From the NCBI GenBank assembly GCA_965198115.1, contig OZ240241.1, positions 2,240,001 through 2,304,000 of the forward strand: a stretch of 64,000 bases of DNA. The letters run 5' to 3'. Shown one piece after another: positions 62,164 to 64,000 of this stretch. Both the position numbers and the translations under genes were made by a program. Positions within the stretch are counted from its first letter, which is position 1. Each line of letters opens with the position of its first letter. The notes beneath the pieces are model-generated. The model saw only the letters and a program-made list of their open reading frames with translations. It made no database searches and was not told the DNA's origin. This DNA comes from Candidatus Latescibacterota bacterium (GTDB lineage: Bacteria > Latescibacterota > UBA2968).

Positions 62164-63057
62164 TCAGGCGGCCTTTCGAGTTGCCGTGAGTGCGTTTCTA
62201 GCCTGTTCGGGCGTCTTGTAGCCGTGACGTTCGATGATCCACCTGTGGTTGTATCTGTCCCGAAACTCAAGGAGTGCGAGGCGCAGGTCTTCGATGGTAC
62301 TGAAGTGTCTAACCCACAGGAGGTTTTCTTTGAGGGTACGGATGAACCGCTCGGCGCATCCGTTGCCTTCTGGCTCACGCACGAAACTCGGCGATGTTTG
62401 GACGCCGAGGAATGCGATCTCGTTCTGGAAGTCGTCAGAGACGTATTGTGACCCGTGATCGTGTCGGAGCTCCAGTCCTTCGGCGATGTTTTCTTCGAAG
62501 CCCCCGAAGTGTTCACGGATGCCCTGTCGGATCGGCTCGAGAGCCTCAAAGCGGTTGGCCGTCTTGGAGGCGTGAATGCCCACACACTCGCACGTGCAGT
62601 GGTCGATCGCGATAAACACGGAGGCTCTGCCCTCGTCGACCGTGGGCGTCACAGTCAGGTCGGTGCCCCACATCTGATCGGGCTTCTCGGTCGTAATCGT
62701 GCCATCGTGGGCTCGTCGTTCGCGACGCCGTCCTGGACGCGCCTGGAGCCCGTTTTCACGCATCAACCGGCGGACCCGATCCTTTGACGTCCGCATACCG
62801 TGAAAGCGAAGCCTGGCCCAGATCTTGCGGTATCCTTCGCCGTGGAAGGGTGACGCGTCGATCTCCTGCTGAATGAGGGAGACCAATTCCTCATCGGTAC
62901 CCGCTCCGACCGGGCCTCGCTTCCGGGGTTGCCGAAGATCGGTTACGGATGAACGACGAAGCTGGCTGTGCACCGTGGAACGGGGTATCTGCAACACTTT
63001 GCACACGCGTTTAATGCTGTAGCGTCTCCCCGTGGAGGGCGAAAGGACCTCACTCAT
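62164..63057 (-). CDS. IS3-family transposase OrfB
   Basis: Identical protein to the other copies. Confidence 0.93.
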   Translation of the reverse strand: MSEVLSPSTGRRYSIKRVCKVLQIPRSTVHSQLRRSSVTDLRQPRKRGPVGAGTDEELVSLIQQEIDASPFHGEGYRKIWARLRFHGMRTSKDRVRRLMRENGLQARPGRRRERRAHDGTITTEKPDQMWGTDLTVTPTVDEGRASVFIAIDHCTCECVGIHASKTANRFEALEPIRQGIREHFGGFEENIAEGLELRHDHGSQYVSDDFQNEIAFLGVQTSPSFVREPEGNGCAERFIRTLKENLLWVRHFSTIEDLRLALLEFRDRYNHRWIIERHGYKTPEQARNALTATRKAA

Positions 63058-63437
63058 TTCCGCGACCTCCGATGCGCCAAAGGGCGGCGGGCTTCCAGAC
63101 GATCGATTCTTTGTTGCAGCAGCTCGTTGTCCATCGTGAGCTCGCCAATCTTCGCCTGGAGGTCCTTGACCCTCTCGTCACGCTCGTCGCTCGGACGAGA
63201 GCGTAGTGCGGCCTGGGCGCCAGAGTGGAACTGATCGCGCCACTCGCTCAATTTAGCTGCCGTTACTCCCAGATCGCGAGAGACGCTGTCGAGGCTCTCG
63301 CCACGCATCACACGTAATACGGCTTCGGCCTTCTTCTTCACGGAGAAACGACCCTGCGAAGTCGCGCTTGGATCGGCTGGGCCTCCGCTCGCTCTCGCTC
63401 GCTCCGCCCCAACCGATCCCCTGGTAGCCTTGTTCAT
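63054..63437 (-). CDS. IS3-family transposase OrfA
   Basis: One L>P change (RSRPSDER) versus the other copies. Confidence 0.9.
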   Translation of the reverse strand: MNKATRGSVGAERARASGGPADPSATSQGRFSVKKKAEAVLRVMRGESLDSVSRDLGVTAAKLSEWRDQFHSGAQAALRSRPSDERDERVKDLQAKIGELTMDNELLQQRIDRLEARRPLAHRRSRK

Positions 63438-64000
63438 GGTGGACCCTCCTTTTCGACCTACTGTAGGTCAACGGAGTGTCCAAGAAAACCCCGGGGCGCT
63501 GGAGGGTCCGAATCGATCGTAGAGACCGACCGTCGTTTTGAAATTCCCGCCCCTCCGACCGATACCCTGGCCGACCACGAAAATGGACGCGTCCTCTTCC
63601 ATGGCCGTCGTCAACGCCTCGAGCGTAGCCTCCGTGAACGTCAGTTCTCGTGTGCGTGCGCGAGGATCGGCCGCAACGAATGGTGCCACGTCATCGCTGT
63701 AGACGAAATCTGCCGCGGTGCTCGGATCGGGCAATGGACTGTCCTCCGCGAACGCCATCGCTTCTCCGACACGGACGTCGATCTCCTGATCAATCGCATC
63801 GAATTCCCCATCCTCCACCCCTCCCTCCCCCACCACCTTCTGACGGAAAGTGACAATCGGATCTCGCGCCTTCCAGACCTCGATCTCCTCTTCCGTTCGA
63901 TACCCGGCTAGCCGCATGCCTTCCGCGTGAGGACGCGTGCGATACGTCTTGCACTCGATCAGCGTCGGCCCCTCTCCTTTTCTCGCCCGCTCGACGGCTT

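Larger units (their letters stand above)
62124..63503 (-). mobile_element. IS3-like element, copy 3 (1380 bp)
   Basis: Perfect 15-bp duplication GGGTCCGAATCGATC at 62109-62123 and 63504-63518; two substitutions seen in orfA relative to the other copies. Confidence 0.96.
61281..64000 (-). pseudogene. 2-oxoacid/acetoin dehydrogenase E1 alpha-beta fusion interrupted by the IS3-like element (5' end outside window)
   Basis: Alpha tail GEGPTLIECKTYR...WKARDPI runs into beta GLYDRFGP | ERLRDTPICE...HHSG...EVIDPRTLAPLD. Confidence 0.9.

Noticed and set aside
6160-63518. Sequence-specific or RNA-guided targeting by the IS3-like element
   Set aside because: The three targets share no consensus and I saw no match to them inside the element's short non-coding ends.

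Overview
A 64-kb, GC-rich bacterial accessory region made of catabolic and hypothetical genes: seven PhyH-type Fe/2OG dioxygenases, two sulfatases, glycoside-hydrolase-like propellers, five GNATs, an LLM monooxygenase and a propeller-type hybrid sensor kinase. This gene mix resembles Ca. Latescibacterota or other sponge/marine heterotrophs (inference only). The region carries nine insertion sequences: one ISAzo13, two nested IS256, three near-identical 1380-bp IS3-like elements, two ISL3 and one IS630. It shows widespread decay, with in-frame TAA/TAG/TGA stops, frameshifts and orphan gene fragments. The most unusual signal is the IS3-like element. It has the two-ORF IS3 layout but makes 15-bp target duplications (13-14 bp in one copy) instead of 3-5 bp, and every copy has a non-canonical 5'-TC left end. 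Other notable signals are a ~22-nt micro-repeat inserted into REP-like hairpins (with an empty sister hairpin next to one copy) and two tandem PhyH enzymes with H-G-S in place of the H-x-D iron motif. All product names come from motif recognition by eye; no database searches were run.
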